NCBI RefSeq assembly: GCF_009914755.1
Contig: NC_060930.1
Reading direction: 5' to 3' (one strand)
Length of the DNA stretch: 64,000 bases
Source of the DNA: the human T2T-CHM13v2.0 reference genome, Homo sapiens
Below, one piece after another: positions 36,691 to 49,620 of this stretch. The first letter of the stretch is position 1; each line of letters starts with the position of its first letter. A program made the position numbers and the translations under genes. The notes under the pieces were generated by a model that was not told where the DNA came from, ran no database searches, and was given only the letters and a program-made list of their open reading frames with translations.

Positions 36691-38895
36691 TCCCTTTCTT
36701 TCATTCTAAATTAGATTCTGAATGGCTGAAACTGGAACAGGGCCAACACTGGTGACAATAGAATGGTGAGTACCAACGTCCTACTAACTCAAAGGGCCTT
36801 TGATTCCCTGAGAGTGGCCTGTAATTTTTTGGTTTTCTGCAGGGAAGCGGAGAGAATGGTGCCATCTTGCATCCCTGGGAACTTTGCCTAGTGGAAGAGT
36901 GAATGATATTCTGCTGAGGGAGATTTCCCCTATGACCGCCCTCTCCCTCAGTGAACACTTGTGTGATCACTGCTGTTGATCATAAAGAGAATCGAACTAA
37001 TACAAAGGAAAAAACAGTCCCATAATATATTGTGAGCAAAACAAATTGCTGAATAAAGTACAATATCAACTTAGATTGCCTGGGACATTTCGTTGTTATT
37101 AGGATACAAAAAGACTCCCTTTTCAGAGGTAGCTTTCTAAAGACAGGTCTAAAATAATCTGCTAGGGCCCGCAGTCTGAACTTTGACAATTATGCAAAAT
37201 AAAGGACAAAGAAGAGATTATCAATAATAATAATTTATCAATGGGAGTGTGTTCTCTGCCTTTCAATGGGTCTTGAACCCTTCAAATGGCACTATTGTCT
37301 CCTTAGATGGAGCTGACCAGGCAACCTTCCCGGGAATCTTTGTTGCCTTCCTTGAAAAACATTTAAAACAAACAAGCCCCTTTCTCTTCCCAGAGACAGT
37401 ACAAGCGATATTAATGGTTATCTACCTGTGATAAGCACAACAGTCTCATTTTACCTGACTTGAAAGGGTCATCTGTACTGTCAAGCCCAATTAACTTGTC
37501 TTACTCTCACACAAGAAAGGAAGGTTACTGAAAGGCCACATCTTGCTTTATATCTTGGCTGCTCTGGTACAATGACCTGATCAAAGGCCATCAAAGCGTC
37601 AGTCCAATAAAGCCAGATCCTGCTTTTTTAGGACACGGACATAGCGCCACACATGGGAGCTTGCAGGTTCTTACTGAAAGGCTCAGAAGCCAAGATGGAA
37701 TTTTATATAAATAGGGTCTCCCAGAGGTTGAGAGAGGCACTAGGCTACTTCCCAATTTTATAATGAGGTTATAAAAAATGTGATATATTTTAAATGTTCA
37801 CTGTTAATGAATTAATGCTTTAAGTACATAATTAATGCAATATAATTGGGCTTTTCATAAAATAATTACATGACTTATAAAAAGTATTTAATTTAAAGTG
37901 CACTATAGGCAGGATGCCTGTAATGGGACAGAAGCTTATAACTGAATGATAAATATCTTCTGTCAATCATGCGTATGTATCTGTGAGACTCCCTTTGGGG
38001 AAAATCACCAAAAGCTCACATTTGAAGTCCTGGGTGAATGGGAAGCCTGAGTAAATTCCCAGTCAATGACTGAACTGTCACCCCTGAGATAAGTTCTATT
38101 TGCATGTTTCAAGCAGGTCACAAAACTCTTTACTTGTCTGTTCCACAGATCCTGTGTCAGTGCTACAAATCTATTGGATACTCAAATGTCTGTTGGTATA
38201 CTTGGTTCTGTTCCACAGAATTCTAATGCTAGAAACAAACAAACAAACAAACAAAAAAACCTTATTTATTTCTTTTCCTGTTTCTAGGAAAGCTTGACTC
38301 GACATCATTGCCCTAGGTGCCTATCTACATGAGTGCCAGTGTGATTCTTGCTTCCTTTAATGGTTCATTTTGAGGTTTATAAGTACAATTTTTTGAAACA
38401 AAATTAAATGAGACTGGGATTATTTGATTTGGAAAGAAAGGAATTTGACAGGGTTCCCAGATGTTCCATATGGATGGGATTCTTCTGTTTTTAAAAGAAC
38501 AACAACACACACACACACACTCACACACACTCACTTGCTGACATGCACTCACACATGTAGTATTTGTGCCCAGATTAGACACTACAGTGCATTACCGTTA
38601 ACACAAATTTTGTCAAAATATGTACCAAATTCTGGCAAACCTAGCAAAGATGAACAGTGATAAACATCTTCAAGTATCTATACATCCTCTGGATAAAGTT
38701 TAAAACCAGATTTGTCTACATTTCTACTATGAATATAAAGGAATAAATAGATTTAAACTAGGTTAGACCAGGAATTGATTTTAGACAGGAGAACGGTTAA
38801 ACTTCAGAATATATTGCCAAGAAAATTTGTGGAGGTGTATCCTCTGATGGGATGAAAATCTTAAAATCAAAACAAGGCAATTTCCTCTGATGTAA

Positions 38896-39204
<309 letters not shown>

Positions 39205-39977
39205 TACTGATGTAAGTGATTTGATTGTTTCTCTGATACAGAAGAGGAATAAATGAGGAAAAATCATTAAGTTCTTTTAGAATTTTTAAAGTATATTTAT
39301 ATTCTACAATTTTATAATTAAATTTAACTTTCTTGAAATATCTCTAATAACCTATTTTTTTGTGGGGAGAAGGGAGAGGGCCACTCCTTTCTGAAGATTC
39401 TCAACTCAACTGTATAGGCTGAGTCATGACTTGAATTTTAAAAATACGTTTGAATGTATTCGTTTTTTTTAAATCAGGTCAGAGTTTGAGTTCTGGTGTC
39501 CTGAGGCATTTTGGAAATGAAAGTTCAATACTTAGAAAAGAGGGAAAGCCAATAAAAGATAAGCCTGGAATTATTGGGAGCCCATTTTAGCTGTAATAAG
39601 GAGATGGCAAATGGACATGGTAGAGCTCATCGGAGCTCTGTACAGAAGCTCTCAGTAGTCCTTGGAGTGTGGGCCAATGGTCCTTCTGAGCAGAAGCCCT
39701 TAAGTGCACATAATAAAGGCAAAGAACATAAGCTGGGCAGCAGAAGATAAGCATAGCATACAACACCTTGATGTTCTCTGTCTTCTTTCCTTGCCTCTCT
39801 CCAAGTTAGTAGGCAGAGGTGCTATTCCAGATAAATGCCAGCACCAAGTGTCTGTGTCTGGTAGGCTTGACCATTTTTAATAGATATTTTTGGACAAAAC
39901 AGAGCCTTACAACTTAACTAATCAATGGATCCGTTGAACAAATGGTTTTGGGAATGTCTTTGGGTATCACTGTCTAC

Positions 39978-40488
39978 TCTGGTAGGCAAAATTATGGGTC
40001 CCCAAAGATATCCATGTCCTCATCCCTAAAACTTGTGAATCTGTTACCTTACATGGCAAAGGAGAATTAAGGTTGCAGATGGAATTAAGGTTGCTACTCT
40101 GCTGACCTTAAAATAGAGAGATTATCCTGGATCATTCATGTGGGCCCATGTAACTACGAGGGCCCTTAAAAATGGAAGGGGGAGGCAGTAAAGTAGGTAA
40201 GAGGAATGTGATATAAGAATGACTTGCTTGCTGTTGCTGGCTTTGGAGAGAGGGCAGAAGACCTGGAGCCAAGAAATGAGGGAAATCTCTGGCAGCTGGA
40301 AAAGGCATGGAAACGAATTCTCTCCTAGAGCCTTCAGAGAGGAATGCAGCCCTGCCCACCCCTGGATTTTAGCCCAGTAAGACCTATGTTGGACTTTTAT
40401 TCTATAGAACTATAAAACAATGAATTTACATTGTTTCAACCACAAATTTTGCAGAGACTTGTTACTGCAGCCATAAGAAACTAATACA
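39978..40488 (+). mobile_element. MLT1D-like solo LTR
   Basis: ccccaaagatatccatgtcctcatccc...gttaccttacatggcaaaggagaattaaggttgcagatgg ... agaaactaataca; near TSD tctac / tttac. Confidence 0.85.
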
Positions 40489-40815
40489 TTTACTCAACAA
40501 TGACATTCCTCTTATTGCACTAAGTAGCCCATTGGAGGAAGAAAACCACAACCATGATTATATTTGCCCATGGCAATGAAGATGATTAGTGATACTATAT
40601 TCTTCCACCTCAAAATGGAGACACTGATCAACCTCACAGCCAAATATATTTGCCTCTTCCACTTCTCCAACACAAGCTCTCCTCACTGTCCCCTGAATAG
40701 GTAAGAACACATGGTAGAAAGCTTTCACATGCATGACACATTTTGTTGGGAGTACTCAGGGTTAGGTTTAAATGCCTGTGAATGAGCTGTAACTCTGTAA
40801 CTCCAGTTGTCTTTT

Positions 40816-41190
<375 letters not shown>

Positions 41191-41526
41191 ACTTATGGCT
41201 CTAGTTCTTAATCATGAAACTTTATCACCTCTCAAAGAGGGCACCTTTATTCCTTCTACTGTGAAAGAACATAAGCTTACTATGCAATGATCTTGCAAAA
41301 CATGCCTTCATGGAGGCCTGTTCTTCATATCAGGAATGTTCTTAATTTCTTCTCCACATACCTGAAACCTACTTAACACTCAGAGTCCAGTTCATTCTAT
41401 TTTCTTCCCAAGACCTTTTTCCTTGTCTCTAGAAGCAGGTCTGCAGGAATTGACTGTTTACACAAAGGGACTTCAAAAAGTTCATGGAAACATGACATTA
41501 AAAGATAAAAATTAAAAATGTAAATT

Positions 41527-42580
41527 TTATTTCTCAACGTAAGCACCATCAAGGTCATGACACTTTTTTAAGTGATGATCTGAGCCATTTAGTCCATCCC
41601 TAAATAACTAAGGGTCCTGGGAATTTAACCATGTCAATGCAGTCTTTTATACATTATTAACTGAATAAAAATGGGTGCCCTTTAAAGACTTTTTTAAGAT
41701 TAGGAAACAAAAATAAGTCAAAAGGAGCCAAATCAGGACTGCAAGGTAGATGCCAATGATTTCTCATCAAAACGCTCACAAAATTGCCCTTGTTTGATGA
41801 GAGAAATGAGCAGGAACATTGCCATGGTAGAGAAGGACTCTCTGGTAAAACTTTCCCAGGCATTTTTCGGCTAAACCTTTGGCTAACTTTCTCAACACAC
41901 TCTCACAATAAGCAGATGTTATCATTCTTTGGCCTCCAAAAGTCAACAAGTAAAATGCCTTGAGCATCCAAAAAAATTGTTGCCATGACCTTTGCTCTTG
42001 ACTGGTCCACTTTCGCTTTGACTGACCACGGCCACCCCTCGGTAGCCATTGCTTTGATTGTGCTTTGTCTTTAGGACTATACTGGTAAAGCCGTGTTTCA
42101 TCTCCTGTTATAATTCTTTGGAGATATGCCTCAGGATTTTGATCCTACTTGTTTAAAATTTCTATTGAAAGGTCTGCTCTTGTCTGCAGCTGATCTGGGT
42201 GCAACAGTTATGGCACCCATGGAGTGGAAAGTTTGCTCAACTTTAATTTTTCAGTCAGAATTGTGTAAGCAGAACCAATTGAGATATGTATGGTGTTGGC
42301 TACTGTTTCTACTGTTAATTGTCAGTCCTCTTCATTTAAGGCACAAACAAGATTAATTTTTTCCTCCTAAATTTATGTGGAATGGTCTGCTGCTGTGGGC
42401 TTCATCTTCAACACTGTCTTGTCCTTTCTTAAAATGAGTTATCTATTTGTAAACTGTTGATTTATTTGGAGTATTGTATCCATAAACTTTTTGTAAAGCA
42501 TCAGTGATTTCACCATTCTTCCACCCAAGCTTTACCATAAATTTGATGTTTGCTCTTGTTTCAATTTGGGTAGAATTCAT
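41527..42580 (-). pseudogene. Hsmar2 transposase, disrupted
   Basis: MNSTQIETRANIKFMVKLGWKNGEITDALQKVYG N-terminus, LLYHGNVPAH (the HDNA motif with D>G) and SPDLAPFDLFLFPNLKK fall in different frames. Confidence 0.9.
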
Positions 42581-42735
42581 GTTACTCTGATAGGGGTTCT
42601 TTTCAAACTGATATCTTATTCTTCTTAGTGCCTCAAACAAGATCTTGTTCAGACATATTATAACATGTCGGTTCAAGTTTATTTTGGTGCAAAAAAAACA
42701 CATACAGTTTTTTCATAAAATGCATTTTTATGAAC

Positions 42736-42948
42736 TTTTTCTTTTTTCTTGTTTTGAGACAGCATCTCATTCTATCATGCAGACAGAGTACAGTGGCATG
42801 ATCATAGCTCACTGCAGCCTCAAATTCCTGGGCTCAAGTGATCTTACCTCAGCCTCCCAAGTAGCTGGGACTACAGGTGTACACCACCATTCCCAGCTAA
42901 TTTTTAAAATTTTTGTAGAGATGGGCTCTCACTGTGTTGGCCAGGCTG
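42736..42948 (-). mobile_element. 5'-truncated AluJ inserted within the Hsmar2 TIR
   Basis: Alu right arm plus part of the left arm; flanks atgaactttt / atgaactctt duplicate the TIR sequence. Confidence 0.88.
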
Positions 42949-43084
42949 TCCATGAACTCTTTGAAGACCTCTTTTATATCCTTTATATATAGGATATAGT
43001 TATAGCCTTTCCAACACTCAGCACAGGGCTTTGCACATAGTAGGCAGCTGCTAGGTAGTAGAAATTCCACAGACCTTGTCTCAG

Positions 43085-43250
43085 AGGAGTGAGGCTTGAA
43101 TCTCTGCTTTCCCACTTACTAGCAGTGTGGCCCAAGATTCAGTGACCTTATCAGAAAAGAAAAAGAAAACTAATACATATCTCACAGATTTGTTATCAAG
43201 ATAAAATGAGCTATTGTTTGTAAAAGTACTTTGTAAATTAAAGTACCATT
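43085..43250 (+). mobile_element. MIR fragment
   Basis: gcttgaatctctgctttcccacttactagcagtgtgg...atctcacagatttgttatcaagataaaatgag. Confidence 0.65.
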
Positions 43251-45192
43251 CAAATACAAGGGATCAGAGGATTAAATTAAATTAAATCAATTCTGTATTG
43301 CATTTCTTGAACTAGTCCTAAGATTGTTGAACTATGTCCAGTTTTGGACATGAGCACATTTTCATGAGTGCATTATAATGCCATTGAGGAAGGCTGTGGA
43401 AGCTCGGGATTGTTTATTCTAGTAAAGAGAAGGCCAAAGTGAGTTTTCAAAACAAACTCCAAGTGTTTGTCTACTCAGTAGACAATTGTGAGCAGCTCCA
43501 CAGAGTCACTGGCCTCAAATTAGAGCAAAAAGGGATTTGGTCCAGACATAAGGAAATACTTCATGAATATAAAGACTGTGAAACCTGCTATTAAGGGAAA
43601 TTGTGGAGACAAATAACAGCCACAAATAAGTTACTTTATGCTGCCAAGTTGACCAAGGAGAAAAAGAAACATGTTTATTCTTCAAAATGTGGATGTTCTG
43701 AAGCAATTAAACATCTTCCCTTGCTAAATTGACATGTTTTTGGTCTTGAGGGCAATATAAAATTAGATTCTTGAAAAGAGATTTTAAAAATAAGAGATGG
43801 CATCTCTTCTGAAGAAAAAGAGAAAACAAAATGAAGAAACTATTAAAAATAGAACTATTTGTAAAAAAATACTATTTGTAAACTACTATAAAAACTTACA
43901 TAAAGATAGTATAATCTCTAAGAAATTGTCTCAGTGAAATAAAACCCATCCCATACATATCCTTTCCCTGTCCTCTTCGTATTGCCTCCCCACAGCCTGC
44001 AACAGTCCTTAGCTCTATAATTGAGCATCCACCACTATTATGCTAAGATTGGGAACCTCAGTACCCCACTTGGCATAGCAACTGGTAGGTGATTAGAAGG
44101 CAGAGTTGCCTTAGATACCTATATGGATGTTATACAGAAGAGGTGAACATCCTAATGCTATTACAGACATAGTTTCAGTTGAACTATACCTTGTACGTGT
44201 CTTTCAAAAGGACAGGACTATCTTTGTGATGACTGAGTAGTGACAGCTAATGTAACCCGAGTCCAGTTAAAGGTCACTGACCAAGCTCCATGCTCCACAA
44301 TAAGCTTATCAGGGCCATCTCTTGAAATAATAGTCACTTCCAGGTCTCCTTCATCTTCTTCACTCTTTGCCTTCCTCCCTCCTCCCCCATCAGAGCCCGC
44401 CCTTCCCCCTCCAGGATGGATCCTTCAGCAAGGTTCTCTCTTTTCTTGGGCTTTTCCTGTTGCCATCACAGAGCCCTCAATGTTTTTTTATAGAGTTATC
44501 TTTATCTAACCTTGAGTCAAAGGCCACTCTTGCCCCAGGATAAAAAGCAAATCCCCTCATTTAAGCATCTTCCTTTAAAAAAGGAAAGGGAGAAGTTTTA
44601 ACAGAAACAATACATTAATATACACTGAAGAAAATTTCTAGGCTAAGCAATCCCATTTCATAATTTTCCTTAGAGAATCTGTCTGTGAAAAATGTTTCTA
44701 CCACTTGTAGACTAGTGGAAGGTAGAGTCTTTTTGGCAGGCAGCATTCCTTTGTGTTTCCTGGGTAATTTCTTACAACTCGGTTTTCCTAAAATATAGAA
44801 GTGGATTGTCCAAAAAATGCTTCTATCGAGTGCCAAAATGATGACCAAAATAGACTCTTGCCATGGCTGCTCCAGGTGTTATGACACTTCAGCCATATTA
44901 TTTTGAGCAGATGCCCTCTAAGTTCCACCAGTTCTAAGTTCTAAGTTCTAAGATCAGCAGTTATATTGAAATAAAAATGATTACTCTTTTATTATAGCAA
45001 GTGTAACTGATTGGTTGCCAAAGACAAGATTATTTGTGCAGAGAATTGCCAAAACCTCCAACTAAACATTATATAAGTATTTATTTTGTGGCTGGGTATC
45101 CCTAATGTGCCTGTTTACAGTTTATTCCAGAGTTTACCTGAAGTTTATTTCAGTTTCTTTGCACAGTATCTACAGTATTAAATCACGGTGCT

Positions 45193-45550
<358 letters not shown>

Positions 45551-45579
45551 TCAGTGGCCAAGGAATGTTCTGTGAAGAT

Positions 45580-46336
45580 TGAAGCTGGGTCCTTTCCTAT
45601 CACCTGTAAGGTCTGTATCATCTAGCCCCAGGCCCCCCTCTACCTGCATTTCCAACAACTTTTCTCCTACCTTGCTATGCTCTGGCCATACTGGCTTCCT
45701 TTTCCAGTTTATTTATTTATTTATTTATTTATTTGTTTGTTTGTTTGTTTGAGACATGGTCTCACTCTGTCACCCAGGGTGGAGTGCAGTGGCGCAATCT
45801 TGGCTCACTGCAGTCTCAAAATCCCTGGGCTCAAGTGATCCTCCCACCTCAGCTTCCCGAGTAGCTGAAAGTACAGGAGCACGCCAATGCACCTGGCTTG
45901 TTGCCACGTTGCCTAGGCTGGTCTCAAACTCTTGTGATCCGCCTGTCTCAGCCTCCCAAAGCACTGGGATTACAGGTATGAGCCACCATGCTCAGCCCCT
46001 GGCTTCCTTTCTGTTCCTTAAATTTGCTAAGTAAGATGCTTCTCAGATCCTTTGTCCTTTACACTCCCTCTGCCTGGAACTCCCAGATATACACCCACAG
46101 CGCTCCCCTCCTCACTTCATTCAGGTGTCTGTTCATATTCCCCCTCCTCAGAGAGCCTCCCCAGCATCCTATCTATGAGAGCATCCTCTGTCACTTACCA
46201 TCTCCTGTCCTTATTTTAATTTTCTTCCCTTATATTGTTTAATGCACAGCTGTGTCCTCAACGCCTTGCCCAGTTTCTGACATGTGGTTGGTGCTCAATA
46301 AACATTGTAAACTAATAAATAAATGGATGAATGGAT
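45580..46336 (+). mobile_element. L2 3' fragment interrupted by an Alu
   Basis: ccctctgcctggaac...ctcacttcattcaggtgtctg...gtgctcaataaacatt...tggatgaatgg. Confidence 0.7.
45708..45997 (-). mobile_element. AluJ lacking the central A-rich linker; (TTTA)n(TTTG)n tail
   Basis: Alu arms joined as gcacctggcttgttgccacgttgcc; TSD-like ctggcttccttt on both flanks. Confidence 0.88.
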
Positions 46337-46946
46337 GTTCAACCTAACGGAGGTCTTGGACAGATTCACAGATATTATGGTATAGTCACTGCTAGAAGTC
46401 TCATCTTCTGTCCTTTGATGGTTCCTTTGTTCTCCTAAACCATGATCCTCCTCATTTCCCCATTCATTCAGCATCATGTGCTCCCTGTGATGCTGAAGAA
46501 CCTCCTTTTGCCACTAGTCTTATTTATCTAAGCAAGATGTTCTCCTTCCCCCCAGTCGCCATGGATGAAAAACCCAGCAGTTTTCTTGGTTAGTATCCAT
46601 TCAAGTATTATACTAGGCCTCTTTTCTAAAAGGTTTCAAATGGAAACCAGGTACCCCATCTTTTCAAGCATTCCACCTAAACAAGTTAGATGTTTTGAGA
46701 ATACGTAGGTTCAGACTCAAATCAAGTTCCTTCCTTTTTGCTCAGTTCTTACCTGAGTAAATTTAAGCTGGAACCTAGCTCTGATGACAATTGGACCATC
46801 TTCTCTGTGAGAGTTTTTGAAACATCCCAAAGCCCAATAATATTCCTTCAGGACATTCAGCTGCTATGGTTCCTGAGAAAGAAGGGTTAGAAGACTTGCT
46901 AGCATTTATTAAATGCCTACAATATTCCATTGCATTGACCTGGAGA

Positions 46947-47240
46947 TTTTTTTTTTTTTGAGACAGAATCTCACTTTGTTGCACAGGCTGGAGCGCAGTG
47001 ACCGATCTGGGCTCACTGCAACCTCTGCCTTCCGGGTTCAAGCGATTCTCGTGCCTCAACCTCCCAAGTAGCTGGGATTACAGACGTGCGCTACTATCCC
47101 CGGCTAATTTTTGTATTTTTAGTAGCGACGGGGTTTCACCATGTTGGCCAGGCTGGTCTCAAACTCCTGACTTCAGGTGATCTGCCCCCTTTGGCCTCCC
47201 AAAGTGCTGGGATTACAGGCATGAGCCACTGCGCCCTGCC
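46947..47240 (-). mobile_element. AluSx-like
   Basis: Full Alu reverse complement; TSD gacctggagattt. Confidence 0.94.
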
Positions 47241-47409
47241 AGACCTGGAGATTTATGTCACTGAGGCTTACCACAGGGTTCCTATTGGTTATGCATTATT
47301 TGAGAAGGCAACCAGAATACCGGTGGCCTCTGAGCCTACCTCCAGCACTTCAGGATTCTCAAAAGCCACAAAGACATTCCTGCTGTCTCTTGAATGATGA
47401 AGCACATTA

Positions 47410-47895
47410 CTGAGTGTGAAGGCTAAGCTACTGTAAAAATAAATCAACTTAAATAATAGAAAAGTTATTTCTGTTTACTGTAAAAGTCCAAAGATTCTCT
47501 AATTGGGCTAGAAAGGCACCATTGGTCTGTGAGTTCATCCAGGAACCAGGTTTGTGGGTTGGTTCTGCTATGGTCAATGTATGCATCCATATCTAGGCCC
47601 AAGGCAGCTGGTCCAATTGTTGCCATTTCTAAGCCAGCACGAAGAAGAAACGTGGAAGTATAGGCTAAGAAACTTTCATCTTTAAGAAAAAGACCCAGGA
47701 GCTACAATACATTTTTTCTTACATGCCATTGGTGAGAAAGTAGTCACATACAATGCCTGCTGAGGAGGCTGGGAAATGTAGTCTCTAACTGGTGGTCATG
47801 TGCCTGGTTCAACTTGGAGGGAGTTACACTTCTAAGAAGAAGAAGAAGAAGGTGAGAATTGTTCCTTGGAGAGGGTTGGCAGTCTTTTGCCAAAC
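47410..47895 (-). mobile_element. Old MLT1 (MLT1K-like) LTR
   Basis: ggctaagctactgtaa...aaagttatttc...gtagtcacat...ggaggctgggaaatgtagtc. Confidence 0.7.
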
Positions 47896-47964
47896 TAGGG
47901 TTTTAATTGGTTGGATTTTAGGTCTGGGAAATAAACCCTCTGAGTGATATAATGGGCATTTGCA

Positions 47965-48435
47965 TGTTTGTGGCTGATGGGAATCTTTTCAACAACATTC
48001 CTCAGGTGGAGAATGTCCCATTTTGTGACTCCTGGTTCCCATGAGTAAAGGCAATAGCTTGTTTTCCCAGCATCTCTTGCAGGAAGGGCCTAAGCATGTG
48101 CCCCAGGCTCTGCTGATCTGATATATTGTACAAGACTTCAATTCAGATAAGCAGCATGAAGAGCCTTGCAGAATCCATTTTCTGATGGGAGTGGCAGCAG
48201 AGGCATTTGATGTGGGGACAGCAGTGGTGCTGGTTCTGTGTCAGCTATATAAGGCCTAGCATTTGCATCTGGTCAGAGAGTCCATGGTGTGGATTGGGTA
48301 TTTTCTCTGACCGTGCCATTTCTGAGCCTAACTTTCTTGCCCTACCAAAGATTCCCACCTAATATTCTTTAGTTATTTTTTGTTCTTGCTTGAATTAGAG
48401 GTGTTTTTGTTATTGGCAACTAAGGACCCTTTTAA
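47965..48435 (+). mobile_element. ERVL-class LTR (LTR33-like)
   Basis: ttttcccagcatctcttgcagg...gcatgtgccccaggctctg ... gttattggcaactaaggaccct. Confidence 0.55.
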
Positions 48436-48559
48436 TAAAGCTGAAGATCACCTTGTGTTACTTCTGTGCTTTTTTCTCCTGGGGTGGTCAGATGAGGGTG
48501 GGGATAAGAGGTGTTATATACTTTCAGTCATCAGCCATATATGGTGCTGTCACGGATGT

Positions 48560-49265
48560 GTAGAATACATGAATCTGGGATCCAAGGTCAAGGGGAGGGA
48601 AGTAGAAGTTGCCTTACTCACCATCACTCCCAGTAACTCACTTACGTTTACTGTCCCAGCAACTTCTGCCTTTACTTCACTTAGAGGTTCTGGTTCTTGA
48701 GGTTCTTAACACAGAGGACATGTCAGTTTCCACTACGTCTGCATCTGACTGGTCATTTTGGGATCCTCTGGCCAGTAGATAGGCAGGCAAAGGAAAAAGT
48801 ATTTGTACTGGAAGATGCAATTAACCTTGATTATTATTAGGAGATAAAGTTGCTCCTGCAAAATGAGGGCAGGGAGGAAAATATCCGAAATTCAGGAATT
48901 CCCTGCGAATACTTCATGGCGCTTCCCATACCTGCTGATAATCATAAATGAGTGATTGCAGCAACAAGAATTGGTAACCAAAGCCTTGGCCTTCTCAATG
49001 ATGGTCTGGATTACTCTACCAGGCAGGCATCCTAGACCAGCCACAGTATGGCTGAAGACGAGAGTGAATCTGGGTGATGGAGGAAGAAACAAAGAATGCC
49101 AGTTACAGCCTTGGGGGCCAATTGCAACACTGGAGACTGTAACTGGTCTCAGTAACTCACGAATCCTCATTATTATTATTATTTCTAACACCACCATGAA
49201 GAATTTGTGACAGTATAGGGTCAATTTAATGTGGAGCATGAGTGGATCTGAGCATGCAAGAGGCA
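48560..49265 (+). mobile_element. ERVL (ERV3-16A3-like) internal fragment with dUTPase relic
   Basis: From 48751 translates GHFGILWPVDRQAKEKVFVLEDAINLDYY*EIKLLLQNEGREE, resembling the ERVL dUTPase region (G-V-I-D-P-D-Y-x-G-E-I). Confidence 0.7.
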
Positions 49266-49620
49266 GATGATGCCGATGCTGGTCCGTATTCCCTTAGTAC
49301 TGTTTTCTTGCACTCAGCCAGATTTCCAACTGGCAACATCTGTGACTCCACTTAAAAGCTTTCTTTGGCCATCAGAGCCGACTCTGTCCATGCATAGAGC
49401 AGGCCAGAAGTGCCAAGGAATTAACTCTTTCTGGGAATCACCCCCAACCAATGACTGGGGGAGTCCTGTAGAGATACCCCAGTTCCCTTGGCCCTTGATT
49501 GGGGTAACTCTGTGGTTAGGTCTCCATAGCCTCTTAGAGCTCCCCAGTGGGATTAAGCTCCAGTTGTCCAACTAGTAACTTGCTTGATAACACAAACTTT
49601 GCTCTCTTCCTTCCCAGGGA
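49266..49620 (+). mobile_element. LTR16A-like ERVL LTR
   Basis: gcaggccagaagtgccaaggaattaac...caaccaatgactggggg...ccccagtgggattaagctccagttg, directly after the ERVL internal fragment. Confidence 0.75.

Larger units (their letters stand above)
41463..42974 (-). mobile_element. Hsmar2 mariner DNA transposon, near full length
   Basis: TIRs caaagggacttcaaaaagttcatggaaa and catgaactctttgaagacctctt|TA enclose transposase remnants. Confidence 0.92.
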
